NCBI GenBank assembly: GCA_963717145.1
Contig: OY970325.1
Span: 4,032,001 to 4,096,000, forward strand
Source: an uncultured Armatimonadetes bacterium
GTDB taxonomy: Bacteria > Armatimonadota > UBA5829 > DTJY01
DNA length: 64,000 bases
Direction of reading: 5' to 3'
Both the position numbers and the translations under genes were made by a program. Within the stretch, counting starts at the first letter, position 1; every line of letters begins with the position of its first letter. Of the stretch, positions 38,201 to 48,127 are shown one piece after another. Below the pieces are notes generated by a model that saw nothing but the letters and a program-made list of their open reading frames with translations, searched no databases and had not been told where the DNA came from.

Positions 38201-40987
38201 CTACCTCTCCGAGTCGAACGCATACCTGCCCGATCCCACTTCGAAAACCGCATGGCCGTTCTCGAAGCGCACGGCCTTCAAGCCATCGGATTCCCTCACG
38301 CTGGTCGCATCCTTCGCCGGGACGTGGACGGTGGCCGTCGTGTTCGGCGGAATCGTCAGGTCCCACCGGAACGACTTGCCGTCGAGCGACCACGCGCTCG
38401 CGATCCGTCCGTTCGGGCCATCGTGCCAGGCCCTCACCCACGTCAGCCCGCCGACGAGGTCGGGACGGAGCACCAGTCGGCGGAACCCGACTTTCGGTCG
38501 GATGCCGGCCAAGTCCTCCATGAACCACACGTGTATCGGCGCGGCCAGCGACGGCATCTGCACTCCACCGCCGTCCCACGCCTCCTGATACGTCCCCTGC
38601 CGCACCATGCCGAACCAGCCGGGGGTGTCCGGCTGTGTGGCGATTGTCCATGCCAGGTCCGGGCGGCCGATGTCCGACAGCGTGGTCAGCAGGATCGGCG
38701 TTCCGACGAAGCCGGACGCAATGTGGTTGTTCGCCTCCTCGACCGCCTTGGCCAGACGCGCCTCGACCTTCGGCTTCACCTCGCTCGGAGTCAGCCCGAG
38801 AGCCAAGGGGAGCGACTGAGCGGTCTGTCCGCCCTTGAGGTCATAGACGCCGGTCTCGGTATCGAGGAAAGTGCGGTTGAATGTCGCTCGTATCTCACCT
38901 GCGCGACGCTCGTAGAGAGCGTGATCGTCCGGGTGATCGAGCACGGATGCTGTGTCGGCCATGATCTGTGCGAACCACGCGAGTGCGGCGGTCGATGTGT
39001 AGACGACCCTCGCCTTCGAAGTCTCGACTGCCAGCCAGTCGCCGAGTCCCCACCACAGCACGTCCTTGCCCGTCGGTCCTTCGAGCCTCGGCCAGGCGGC
39101 CCGCGCCTTCTCATCCACACAGAGCTGCTCCAGGTACGCGAAATGCGCCTTCATCCCCTCGTAGCTCTCAGCCAACAATGATGTATCCCCATACGCCTGG
39201 TAGTAGAGCCACGGCGTATAGAGTATCGCGCCGCCCCACCACGGGCCGTTGATGTCCGGCGCCTCGAACCGACCGGGCACGACCGGTGCGACGTAGCCAT
39301 CGGGGAACTGCCCATCGAGGAAGTCGAGCTGCCACTTGCGGTACGTCGGGCCGACATCGTAGAACCACGACTCGGCCGGGAACTGGTTCCAGACATCCTG
39401 CGTCCACGGCGACTTCTCGCGGACCGGATCGTTCGGGATCTGGATGATGTAGTTGTAGACCGTGCGGCGGAAGACCTCCTGGAGGCGGTTGAGGCGTTCA
39501 TCCGAGCAGGCGAACTTGCCGACCACCGGCAGATCGGTCGCCGTCACGACGCCGACGAGGTCCTCGGCTTTCGGCTCATACCCGAGCCCCGAGACATCGA
39601 CCGCGCCGAATCCGTGGTACGTCAGGCTCGGCTGGCAGACCTCTTCGCCCTCACCCCGCGCGGTGTAGATGTCGGTCTGATAGCGCCCGAACGTGTGACC
39701 GCTGCCGCCGAGGACGTTCATAGTCACCACCTGCCCGGGCTTCGCTCTCAGCTTCAAGCGGGGGACGCCGCCGACTCCCTCCCTCAGGGTGAACCGCCAC
39801 TTGTCCTCGCCCACTTTCTCGACCTTGGCTGCGGGGATCTCCTCCAGCGCTCGCACCGGATAGAGCAGTTGCGCCGACATCCGGCCCTTGGGGGACGAAG
39901 CGGGTAGGGCGGGTTTCCATGTTGAGTCATCGAACCCCGGCGCGGACCAGCCGGGCATCTCCTTCCGAGCGTCGTATGTGTTTCCGCCCGCAAAGCAGTT
40001 GTAGCGGACCGGGCCGTCGGTCGTGAACCTCCAACGCCGGTCGGTGCCGATGATCGCTCGGCTGCCGTCCGTATACTCGATCTCCAGGTCCATCCTGAGC
40101 TGTGGCGGCGAGATGAAGTCCGAGCGGTAATATCCGTGGAAGAGCGGGCTGATCGGATTGAACCAGCCGTTGCCGAGCACGATGCCGACGGCATTTCGGC
40201 CCTGCCTGAGCGACTCCGTAACGTCGCGGACGACGTAGGGCACGCGCTTCTCGTAGTCGCACATGGCGGGATCGAGGAGGTTCGGGCCGACGAACCGGCC
40301 GTTGATGTGCAGTTCGAAGCATCCGAGGCCGGAGACATAGGCGACCGCGCGTCGGATGCTCTTCGGCGCGTCGAACTCCCGGCGCGTATAGACCGCGGGC
40401 GCCTCATTCGCGTCCTTCGACATCTCGGCGATCTTGCCACCGAGTCCCCACAATATGCCGCAGTACCCATTGTTCCGGCCCGGATCGGGAAACGCCTTCA
40501 GTTCCTTCTGGTAAGACATCAGCTCGAGGTCGGAAGCGATCCACTGCCCGCGCCAGTCCTTCGGGCTGAGGATGCCCATTGTCCACTCGGCGGGTTGGCT
40601 CCATGCGGAGGGCCGGTTGTCCTGGTCCCAAACACGCACCTTCCAGAAGACCCGCTGCCGAGATGCGAGTGGTTTGCCGGCATAGGGGATTGCGACCGTT
40701 GAGTCCGAGGTCACCCCACAGCTGTCCCACAGGTCGCCCCTGTTCGCCCTCAACTCCGCCGCGGAGGACGCGACGATCACTTGATAAGCCATCTGCCTGA
40801 GGCCGCGGGAAGCCGGATCGGCCGCCTCGCAGACCCACGACAGGTGTGGGTGGGCCTGATCGACGCCAGGTGGATTCACCATCCGCTCGCACGTCAACTG
40901 CACCGGGTTGAGCGCGGCGTTCTGAGCCGATGCGCCTGATGCGGCGATGATGAGGATGAGCAGTGACAGTGCGACCCGACGAGTCAT
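38201..40987 (-). CDS. GH78 alpha-L-rhamnosidase
   Basis: AYQVIVAS, GDLWDS, WKVRVWD, YVSGLG, LGNGWF, PNDPVREKSPWTQD, LGDW, GFVGTP, TIPPNTTA. Confidence 0.9.
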   Translation of the reverse strand: MTRRVALSLLILIIAASGASAQNAALNPVQLTCERMVNPPGVDQAHPHLSWVCEAADPASRGLRQMAYQVIVASSAAELRANRGDLWDSCGVTSDSTVAIPYAGKPLASRQRVFWKVRVWDQDNRPSAWSQPAEWTMGILSPKDWRGQWIASDLELMSYQKELKAFPDPGRNNGYCGILWGLGGKIAEMSKDANEAPAVYTRREFDAPKSIRRAVAYVSGLGCFELHINGRFVGPNLLDPAMCDYEKRVPYVVRDVTESLRQGRNAVGIVLGNGWFNPISPLFHGYYRSDFISPPQLRMDLEIEYTDGSRAIIGTDRRWRFTTDGPVRYNCFAGGNTYDARKEMPGWSAPGFDDSTWKPALPASSPKGRMSAQLLYPVRALEEIPAAKVEKVGEDKWRFTLREGVGGVPRLKLRAKPGQVVTMNVLGGSGHTFGRYQTDIYTARGEGEEVCQPSLTYHGFGAVDVSGLGYEPKAEDLVGVVTATDLPVVGKFACSDERLNRLQEVFRRTVYNYIIQIPNDPVREKSPWTQDVWNQFPAESWFYDVGPTYRKWQLDFLDGQFPDGYVAPVVPGRFEAPDINGPWWGGAILYTPWLYYQAYGDTSLLAESYEGMKAHFAYLEQLCVDEKARAAWPRLEGPTGKDVLWWGLGDWLAVETSKARVVYTSTAALAWFAQIMADTASVLDHPDDHALYERRAGEIRATFNRTFLDTETGVYDLKGGQTAQSLPLALGLTPSEVKPKVEARLAKAVEEANNHIASGFVGTPILLTTLSDIGRPDLAWTIATQPDTPGWFGMVRQGTYQEAWDGGGVQMPSLAAPIHVWFMEDLAGIRPKVGFRRLVLRPDLVGGLTWVRAWHDGPNGRIASAWSLDGKSFRWDLTIPPNTTATVHVPAKDATSVRESDGLKAVRFENGHAVFEVGSGRYAFDSER

Positions 40988-41075
40988 GTTGGCCTCCGGG
41001 AGAATCGTTGGGTTAACGGTTCAGCAGGAGGGTGGGGGAATCCTTGTGGGAGAGCTTTTCGACGAAGTCGCGGGC

Positions 41076-41197
41076 GTCGCGTGAGAGGTTAGGAGTCGGC
41101 ATTCAGCATCCTCTCGACGAACTCCCTGGTCTCCCCCTCGCCGATCAGTCCCTTCTCGGAGGCCATCCTGGCGCGGACCCGCCCACACCGAATCCTC
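41076..41197 (-). pseudogene. Remnant of a Phd/YefM-like antitoxin C-terminus plus start of a RelE-like toxin (copy 1 of a ~121-bp direct repeat)
   Basis: Reads ALEDSVWA..RMASEKGLIGEGETREFVERMLNADS* overlapping MPTPNLSRDARDFVEKL. Repeated at 41738-41858. Confidence 0.55.
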
Positions 41198-41239
41198 CAG
41201 CGCCTGCAACACGGAGTACCGAGCGCTGGAAGAAAGCCG

Positions 41240-41401
41240 CTACCGCTCCTTCGCAGATTCGCCAATCGCCTGATCTGAGTGTTTCCGGAAGAACTCCGCT
41301 ATCTCTGGTTTCTGCATTTCTCCCGGGTCGCTGCCATGTAGTTCTATCTGGTGGCCGTGGATCTCCAGCACTTCTTCCAGCGTCAGAAATATCGGATTCA
41401 T
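41240..41401 (-). pseudogene. Doc/Fic toxin with internal deletion of the Fic catalytic core
   Basis: Doc-like N-terminus MNPIFLTLEEVLEIH..QIE.HG joined directly to C-terminal GEMQKPEIAEFFRKH. No HxFxDGNKR motif. Confidence 0.7.
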
Positions 41402-41405
41402 GCAA

Positions 41406-41633
41406 TCAATCCGCCAAATTCTTGTATGCCTTCCCGAACTTCTCGTCTGAGCGTTTGAGTACACGGCTGAACTTCTCTCTGCGCTTGGCGTCAGGCATCG
41501 GCACTATTATGAGCTTCTTGCCGTCAGTGGATATCTCCAGAGGAGTATCATCTGTAATCTTGAGAAGATCCAGCACGCCCTTATCGATTATGAGAGCCCT
41601 GCTGTTCCCGCATTTGGTCAGGGTCTTAATCAT
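41406..41633 (-). CDS. AbrB/MazE-type antitoxin
   Basis: MIKTLTKCGNSRALIIDKGVLDLLKI...LEISTDG...KFGKAYKNLAD, upstream of the doc remnant. Confidence 0.85.
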   Translation of the reverse strand: MIKTLTKCGNSRALIIDKGVLDLLKITDDTPLEISTDGKKLIIVPMPDAKRREKFSRVLKRSDEKFGKAYKNLAD

Positions 41634-41675
41634 TTCGTATTCCTCCGCACGGAAGTTGCGATACTTACTCCGTTC

Positions 41676-41708
41676 GTACATTGTATAGCCATTATCGGCT
41701 TTTGTCAA
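41676..41708 (-). promoter_or_regulatory. Sigma70 promoter of the TA module with overlapping GTACATTGTAT operator-like site
   Basis: TTGACA-17-TACAAT on the minus strand. Confidence 0.65.
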
Positions 41709-41737
41709 CCGGTTTCTCAGAGGAGGATTCCGAGGGT

Positions 41738-41858
41738 GTCGCGTGAGAGGTTAGGAGTCGGCATTGAGCATTCTCTCGATGAACTCCCCGGTCTTCTCCT
41801 CGCCGATCAGCCCCTTCTCGGAGGCCATCCTGGCGCGCACCGCCCACACGGAATCCTC
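41738..41858 (-). pseudogene. Second Phd-like/RelE-like remnant (copy 2 of the direct repeat)
   Basis: EDSVWAVRARMASEKGLIGEEKTGEFIERMLNADS*. Confidence 0.55.
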
Positions 41859-42081
41859 AATCGCCTCGGAGTTCACTTCACCGGGACTGCCAATGCGGAG
41901 AGTTCTTGTTCACGGACGATTCTTGGTGGGGGAGCCGTGTCCTCGGCAAGAACCGAGGCTGGCACGTTTCTCCAGGTAGTCATCACCGTCCGTATACCAC
42001 GGACAAAGTGGAGTAGGCCACCTTGTCCGGGCATAGCCGTCCGCATCCGGCCAAGTCCCATCTCAGTGATCTGGGGCGCGA

Positions 42082-44831
42082 CTAGCGAGCCAAGCGGAAA
42101 CCGATAGCATTATCCCTGCTCCCCGGGGAGTAGTTGCTCCGATTGGCGCAGCGGGGAGCGTACCGGTCTTCCTGAAGGTAACTCGCACCGCGCAGGACCC
42201 TGTAACTATAGATCCACCCAGCGGGCCCTGCGGGTCGGCTGGCCAACTGCTCGTCGAGTACTCGCTGTAGTAGGCGCTCGAATACCAGTCCTTACACCAC
42301 TCCCACACGTTGCCGGCCATGTCCTGGCAGCCGTACGGGCTGGCGCCCGAAGGGTTGACATAGCTTCCAACGGGCTTGGCGGCCGATGAGTTCATGACGT
42401 TGCACCTGTTGCCATCCCAGATGTCGCCCCACGGGTACACGTTTGGATGCTCCGCCGGGCTAGTCGCCCAGCGGGCAGCCTTCTCCCACTGAGCCTCTGA
42501 CGGCAAATGGCCGCCAGCGTAGTTGCAGAACGCTTCTGCTTCGAAGTAGCTCACCCCACCCACTGGGAGAAGTCCATTCGCGCTTGGGTTCCAGTTGGTT
42601 GGCTGCGTGATATGCCCTTGGTCACGCCAGAGTCGCCCCTCCTCAGACCAGTATTCGTTGTTCGCGTATCCATCTGCGTCCACGAATGCTTTGAACTCGG
42701 CGTTGGTCACCTCATACTTTCCTATCCAGTAACCTGAGAGACCAACGCGGTGCTGTGGCAACTCATCGGGGTAGCTGTTTCCCTCGCTCCCGCTGTTCCC
42801 CATTAGGAACGATCCGGCTGGAACGTAGACCATTTCCCCAGGATAATCGTCGGTCTGTCGCACCAATCGAAGCGTATTACCGCCGATGCTCATGCATGAA
42901 CTGACGCCCGTCGCTTCCAGGTAGTCACCGACGACGGGTGAGAGCACGGTGTTGCGCGTCAGAACCGTGACCGGCTCGGGGCTGCCATCGGAGATCACAA
43001 AGAAGCCGGCTCCGTAAGTCTGGACGCGACCCCAGGTCGTCACGAGCAATCCTATGTTGTTGAGTCCCCTCCCGCCGGTCACGCCGCACTGGCCGGCCCC
43101 GCTGGATGCCAGGCAGTGCCAATCCCCACCGCCCAGCGAGAGAAGGTTGATCCCCAATGGCTTTACCGATCCATAGCCGATAGGCTCGACCCAGGTCGCT
43201 TCGACGTATCGCTCTCCGTTCAGATCAGTGCGCATGGTGCCCGTGAGGTTGACGCACGTCTTGCGGGCAGCCGTAAAGCCGGAGGCAAGCACCTTAAGTC
43301 CTGCGCTTCTGTCGGCAGACTCCACATAGAAGCCGTCCGTTAGAACTGCCGTGATGATGCCACCCAGACACGTAACGGAGTCTGAGTTGGTCCGCAGTCT
43401 TGCAGCCGCGACCGAATCGGCTCGCGTACAGGTGAACGATAACTGGAACTCCTGGCCCGCCTGCAGCGGAGGGTCATTCTTCTGCCATGGGAGCATCATG
43501 ACCATATCGTCCGCGAAGTCATAGTCGCGTGCATTGCTGCCGGGTAAGGCAAGAGCGTTTGTCACTCGGAATGGCAACCAGGCGATCACCGGGTTCTCTA
43601 GCCGGGGGATAGAAGTGTTCATCTTCACGGAGAGAGTGAAACGATACTCCTCTGGGTTCTCTGTGTGTTCATAAGTGAGTGTCTGGTCGTATAGGGCGGA
43701 CTGGCAGCTGTCAAGGCGGCAGTCGTAGCCAGGATCGCCGTACAGGACGAACTTGTCCCGATCGTACGTGATGTCCTCATCATACCCGGGCGTTTCTCGT
43801 TCGCGGTGGAATGCCAGAGCCTGGTTTCCCAGGAAGAAAGCCTCCGACCACGTGAACCTGCCGGCCAGCGGAAAGAAATAGCTCTGTACCATGCCGCTTA
43901 TCAGCCCATAGGTGTTAGTCACGATGTAGCCGCTATACTGGACCGCCCCGCCAGAATGAATCCAGCCCAGAGCGAGGCAGTTGTCTCGTTGCCCACCAAG
44001 GTCGTCCACAAGGCCCAGTAGGCAGTTCCCGCGACCGAAGTACAGCTTCGGATTCGTGGAGTTGACGTCATGTCTAGTGAGCGCGATGTCTTCGCCGTAG
44101 AGCTGTCCATGATCGCTCTTGAAGTACCCCTCACCGTCCGAATTCGGGTAGTGTAGTTGCCAGTCTAGTGGGCTAGCGTGTCCGCTCGTTATCACAATGT
44201 CCACCGGTGACGTATTGGAGTTGAGAGCATCCACGAGTGCTTGTGTGTCGTCCGCCGGTCCAGCCGGCGGGTGGCCGGCGTCGTACTTTGCGACAATTCC
44301 GCACGAGGTATCCCGAACCCACATGACGTCGCTGGCCGACTCCGAGTGGTACGTCCCAAGCTTCAGGTAGGTCTCGAGAAGGTCACCACCGGTCTTCAGC
44401 AAGCCCCGGCGCACGGTTAGCGGCTGTGCTTGGGCCATTCTCAGGGCATCTGCCGCCGTGTAACCCGTCACGATGCCCCAGATGCAGTCGCCGTATGGGT
44501 CAGCGTCGAGAGCCCAACACAACTGATGAACAGTCTCCACGTAGACGCCGCTTAGCTCTGTTGGCTGTGCGACGAAGGCGATGTGGCGCGGCATTATGCG
44601 CGACAACCTGCTGCGCACGGTATCTGGGAAAGCTGCGCCCGTGTAGGTTACGACAAGAGCTGAGTGCTTTGCAGCCAGCGCGTCAACCACGCCGCGCCAA
44701 GCGGCGTCGCCGTAAGTGCTCTGCGAGACGCATACAGCATAGGGCTGCGGGTAGTGTTCATCCGCCAGCACATGCACGGTAGTGGCAAGCACTCCAATCA
44801 CTGCGAGCATAACATACACCTGTCTCATCAT
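42082..44831 (-). CDS. Large secreted multidomain protein: possible C25-like N-domain, Armatimonadota-type GLNNIGLLV domain, C-terminal FGE-sulfatase domain; frameshift near 42210
   Basis: Signal peptide, TSGHA and GNCL, MVYVPAGSFLMG, IGKYEVTN, LPSEAQWEKAAR, DMAGNVWEW. The alternative frame ends YRVLRGASY...IGFRLAR* at 42082. Confidence 0.8.
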
Positions 44832-44980
44832 TCAACCTCATGGTGTCACATTTTTTGGTAACTGCTCTACAATAACTCACTAATCCTCATACAGCTTACC
44901 TTGGCTGCCTATCCCCTGGAGGCAGAGAGTTTGGGCGAGGAGAGAATAACCTTAGGTAAGCAGTACAGTCACTGAGCCAC

Positions 44981-45064
44981 AGTATGTATCCCCCGCTTGA
45001 ATCTGTCAAGTATGGTCTTGGCTGACTGAGCGTATGGCCTGTGAAAAACTGGTATTATTACTAG
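44981..45064 (-). promoter_or_regulatory. Promoter plus the same composite motif as at 25097
   Basis: TTGACA-17-CATACT with the -35 at 45004-45009. ACTGAGCGT-N10-AAAAACTGGTATTATTACTAG at 45025-45064. Confidence 0.55.
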
Positions 45065-45231
45065 CAGACAAGATATCGGTGAGTGACTCGAAGGCCCGTT
45101 CCAAAGAACCACGCCCCCTCTCGGTGCTCAACAGAAATCATCGTGTGGAGACGAAGGAGAATATAGGGGCCGAGATGAATCCGGCCTCCGCATAATATCC
45201 CTGGCTTTCTGCCCGTGCCGTGGCTTGGCCT

Positions 45232-47832
45232 CTACACAACCTCCGCCTCGACCGCGCGGGTGAAGGCGAACTCGCCTTCCTGGGCGTCGACGGTGATGTG
45301 GTCGCCGTCGTGGAACTCGCCCTCGAGGATCTTCATCGCAAGCGGGTCCTGGATGCGCTTCTGGATCGTCCGCTTGAGCGGGCGCGCGCCGTAGGTCGGA
45401 TCGAACCCCTCGGCCGCAAGCTCCTGTTCCGCCCGGTCGGTCACCTCGATCTCGATCTTCCGGTCCGCGAGCCGCTTCCTCAGGTACTGAAGCTGGATCT
45501 CCACGATCTGCTTGATGTGCTCCGCCGTGAGCGAGTTGAAGAACACGATCTCGTCGAGCCGGTTCAGGAACTCCGGCCTGAACTGCGTCCGGAGCGCGTC
45601 CATCGCCCGGCTGCGCATCTCCCGGTCGTCGACGCCCGCCATCTCCTGAATCCATTGCGAGCCGACGTTCGACGTCATGATGATCACCGTGTTCTTGAAA
45701 TCGACCGTCCGACCCTGGCCGTCGGTCATCCGCCCCTCGTCCAGGATCTGGAGCAGCACGTTGAACACATCCGAGTGCGCCTTCTCGATCTCGTCGAAGA
45801 GCAGCACGCTGTACGGCCTCCGACGGACCGCCTCGGTGAGCTGTCCGCCCTCTTCGAAGCCGACGTATCCCGGCGGCGCGCCGATCATCCGCGCGACCGA
45901 ATGCTTCTCCATGTACTCCGACATGTCGAGCCGGATCATCGCCTTCTCGTCATCGAACATGAACTCCGCGAGCGCCCGGGCAAGCTCGGTCTTACCGACG
46001 CCGGTCGGGCCCATGAAGATGAAGCTCCCGATCGGCCGGTTCGGATCCTGCAACCCGGCGCGCGCCCGGCGGACCGCGTTCGATACGGCTCGGACCGCCT
46101 CGTCCTGGCCGACGACCCGCTGCTTCAGGCGCTCATCCATGTGGACGAGCTTCTGCATCTCGCCTTCCATCATCCTGGAGACGGGGATGCCGGTCCACTT
46201 GCTCACGACCTCGGCGATGTCCTCCTCATCGACCTCCTCCTTGAGCATCTTGCGGTCCTTCTGGACCTCCGCCAGGCGGGCGGTCGAGTCGTCGAGTTCC
46301 TTCTGGAGGGTCAGCAGCGTGCCGTACCGAAGCTCGGCGGCCTTCTGGAGGTCGGCATCGCGCTCGGCGTGCTGGAGGTCGATCCCGGCCTGCTCGATCT
46401 GCTGCTTGATCTGCTGGATGCGGTGGACGACTTCCTTCTCGTTCTGCCAGTGAGCCTTCATCTCGGCGCTCTGCTCGCGCAAATCCGCGAGTTCCTTCTC
46501 GATTTCGGATTTCGTATTTCGAATTTCGGATTTGGTTTCACGCTTGAGGGAGATCAGCTCGATCTCGAGCTGACGGATGCGCCGTTCGATCACGTCGATC
46601 TCCAAGGGCATGCTGTCGATCTCGATGCGCAGGCGCGATCCGGCCTCGTCGATCAGGTCGATCGCCTTGTCCGGGAGGAAACGGTCGGCGATGTACCGAT
46701 GCGAGAGGATCGCCGCCGCCACGATCGCGGAGTCGTTGATCTTGATGCCGTGGTGAACCTCATACCGCTCCTTCAGTCCGCGGAGTATCGCGATCGTGTC
46801 ATCGACATCCGGCTCATCGACCATGATCGGCTGGAACCGGCGTTCGAGCGCGGCATCCTTCTCGATATGCTTGCGGTACTCGTCGAGCGTGGTCGCGCCG
46901 ACGCATCGAAGCTCCCCGCGCGCGAGCATCGGCTTAAGCATGTTCGACGCATCGACCGCGCCCTCGGCGGCGCCCGCTCCGACGACGGTGTGCAGCTCGT
47001 CGATGAAGAGTATGACCTCGCCCTCGGCCTCCGCGACCTCGCGCAGGACGGCCTTCATGCGGTCCTCGAACTCGCCTCGGTACTTCGCGCCGGCGATCAT
47101 ACCGCCGATATCGAGGCTGACGATCCGCTTGTTCTTCAGGCCCTCGGGGATGTCGCCGCTTTCGATGCGCTGTGCCAGTCCCTCGACGATGGCGGTCTTC
47201 CCGACGCCCGGCTCACCGATCAGGACCGGGTTGTTCTTCGTGCGGCGCGAGAGCACCTGAACGACCCGCCTGATCTCGTCGTCCCGGCCGATGACCGGGT
47301 CGAGCTTCCCCTTGCGCGCCATCTCGGTCAGGTCGCGGCCATATCGTTCGAGCGCCTGGTACTTCTCCTCGGGGTTCTGATCGGTCACTCGGGCGGTTCC
47401 ACGGACCTCCACCAGCGCCTTGAGGACCTTGTCCTTCGATGCGCCCAGACCGCGGAGGATGTTGCCCGCCTCGCCCTGAGCCTCGGAGATCGCGAGGAGG
47501 AGGTGCTCGGTGCTGACGTACTCGTCCTTCATCTTCTGGGCCTCGTCCCACGCCTTGTCGAGCGCAGTCTTGAGCACGGCCGAGATGTAGACCTGGCCGG
47601 TGACGCCCTGGATCTTCGGCATGCGGTCGAGCACTGCCTTGACCTGGCCTTGAACCGCTCGGGGATCGACGCCGATCTTCTGGAGAACAGGCGTGACGAC
47701 GCCTTCCTCCTGGGTCAACAGGGCGAGCAGGAGGTGCTCCGCGCCGATCTCCTGATGGCCGTTTTGGTCCGCGAGGTTCTGCGCCTCCTGGACGGCCTCC
47801 TGCGCCTTGATCGTAAACTTGTCCATTCTCAT
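45232..47832 (-). CDS. clpB: ATP-dependent disaggregase ClpB
   Basis: [19 protein letters not shown]-domain coiled coil, [17 protein letters not shown]. 866 aa. Confidence 0.97.
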   Translation of the reverse strand: MRMDKFTIKAQEAVQEAQNLADQNGHQEIGAEHLLLALLTQEEGVVTPVLQKIGVDPRAVQGQVKAVLDRMPKIQGVTGQVYISAVLKTALDKAWDEAQKMKDEYVSTEHLLLAISEAQGEAGNILRGLGASKDKVLKALVEVRGTARVTDQNPEEKYQALERYGRDLTEMARKGKLDPVIGRDDEIRRVVQVLSRRTKNNPVLIGEPGVGKTAIVEGLAQRIESGDIPEGLKNKRIVSLDIGGMIAGAKYRGEFEDRMKAVLREVAEAEGEVILFIDELHTVVGAGAAEGAVDASNMLKPMLARGELRCVGATTLDEYRKHIEKDAALERRFQPIMVDEPDVDDTIAILRGLKERYEVHHGIKINDSAIVAAAILSHRYIADRFLPDKAIDLIDEAGSRLRIEIDSMPLEIDVIERRIRQLEIELISLKRETKSEIRNTKSEIEKELADLREQSAEMKAHWQNEKEVVHRIQQIKQQIEQAGIDLQHAERDADLQKAAELRYGTLLTLQKELDDSTARLAEVQKDRKMLKEEVDEEDIAEVVSKWTGIPVSRMMEGEMQKLVHMDERLKQRVVGQDEAVRAVSNAVRRARAGLQDPNRPIGSFIFMGPTGVGKTELARALAEFMFDDEKAMIRLDMSEYMEKHSVARMIGAPPGYVGFEEGGQLTEAVRRRPYSVLLFDEIEKAHSDVFNVLLQILDEGRMTDGQGRTVDFKNTVIIMTSNVGSQWIQEMAGVDDREMRSRAMDALRTQFRPEFLNRLDEIVFFNSLTAEHIKQIVEIQLQYLRKRLADRKIEIEVTDRAEQELAAEGFDPTYGARPLKRTIQKRIQDPLAMKILEGEFHDGDHITVDAQEGEFAFTRAVEAEVV

Positions 47833-47863
47833 GGGGTCACACTCCCTCCATCAGCAACCGCAT

Positions 47864-47978
47864 GTAGTGGCCGCGCCTCCGTGCCGGCCTTCGACGTCCC
47901 ATGGCCGGCACGGAGGCACGGCCACTACATGCGGTTCCGATTGTCCGAACATGGCCGGCACGGAGGCGCGGCCACTAC
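47864..47978. repeat. GTAG-type REP triplet in the clpB 5' leader
   Basis: GTAGTGGCCGCGCCTCCGTGCCGGCC followed by two inverted copies ending GCCACTAC. Confidence 0.8.
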
Positions 47979-48036
47979 GACGGCAAAGAATATGTACCCA
48001 ATCGGGCCAAGCGGTCACCATGTCTATGCCTGCGCC

Positions 48037-48074
48037 ATCATACTACTTGATGGCATTGTTGTCAAGTAGTATGA
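48037..48074 (-). promoter_or_regulatory. clpB promoter overlapped by a HAIR-like inverted repeat
   Basis: TTGACA-17-TATGAT on the minus strand. 13-bp arms TCATACTACTTGA-N11-TCAAGTAGTATGA. Confidence 0.7.
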
Positions 48075-48127
48075 CGCACGAGCACCCCAAATGGTTCCCA
48101 TCTTGGCGTCCCTTGGCGACTTGGCGG

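Noticed and set aside
45220-48069. 949-aa plus-strand ORF, and similar long antisense ORFs (7920..9410, 9253..10491, 16473..18173, 60180..61283)
   Set aside because: These are antisense shadows of real GC-rich genes, with no recognisable domains.
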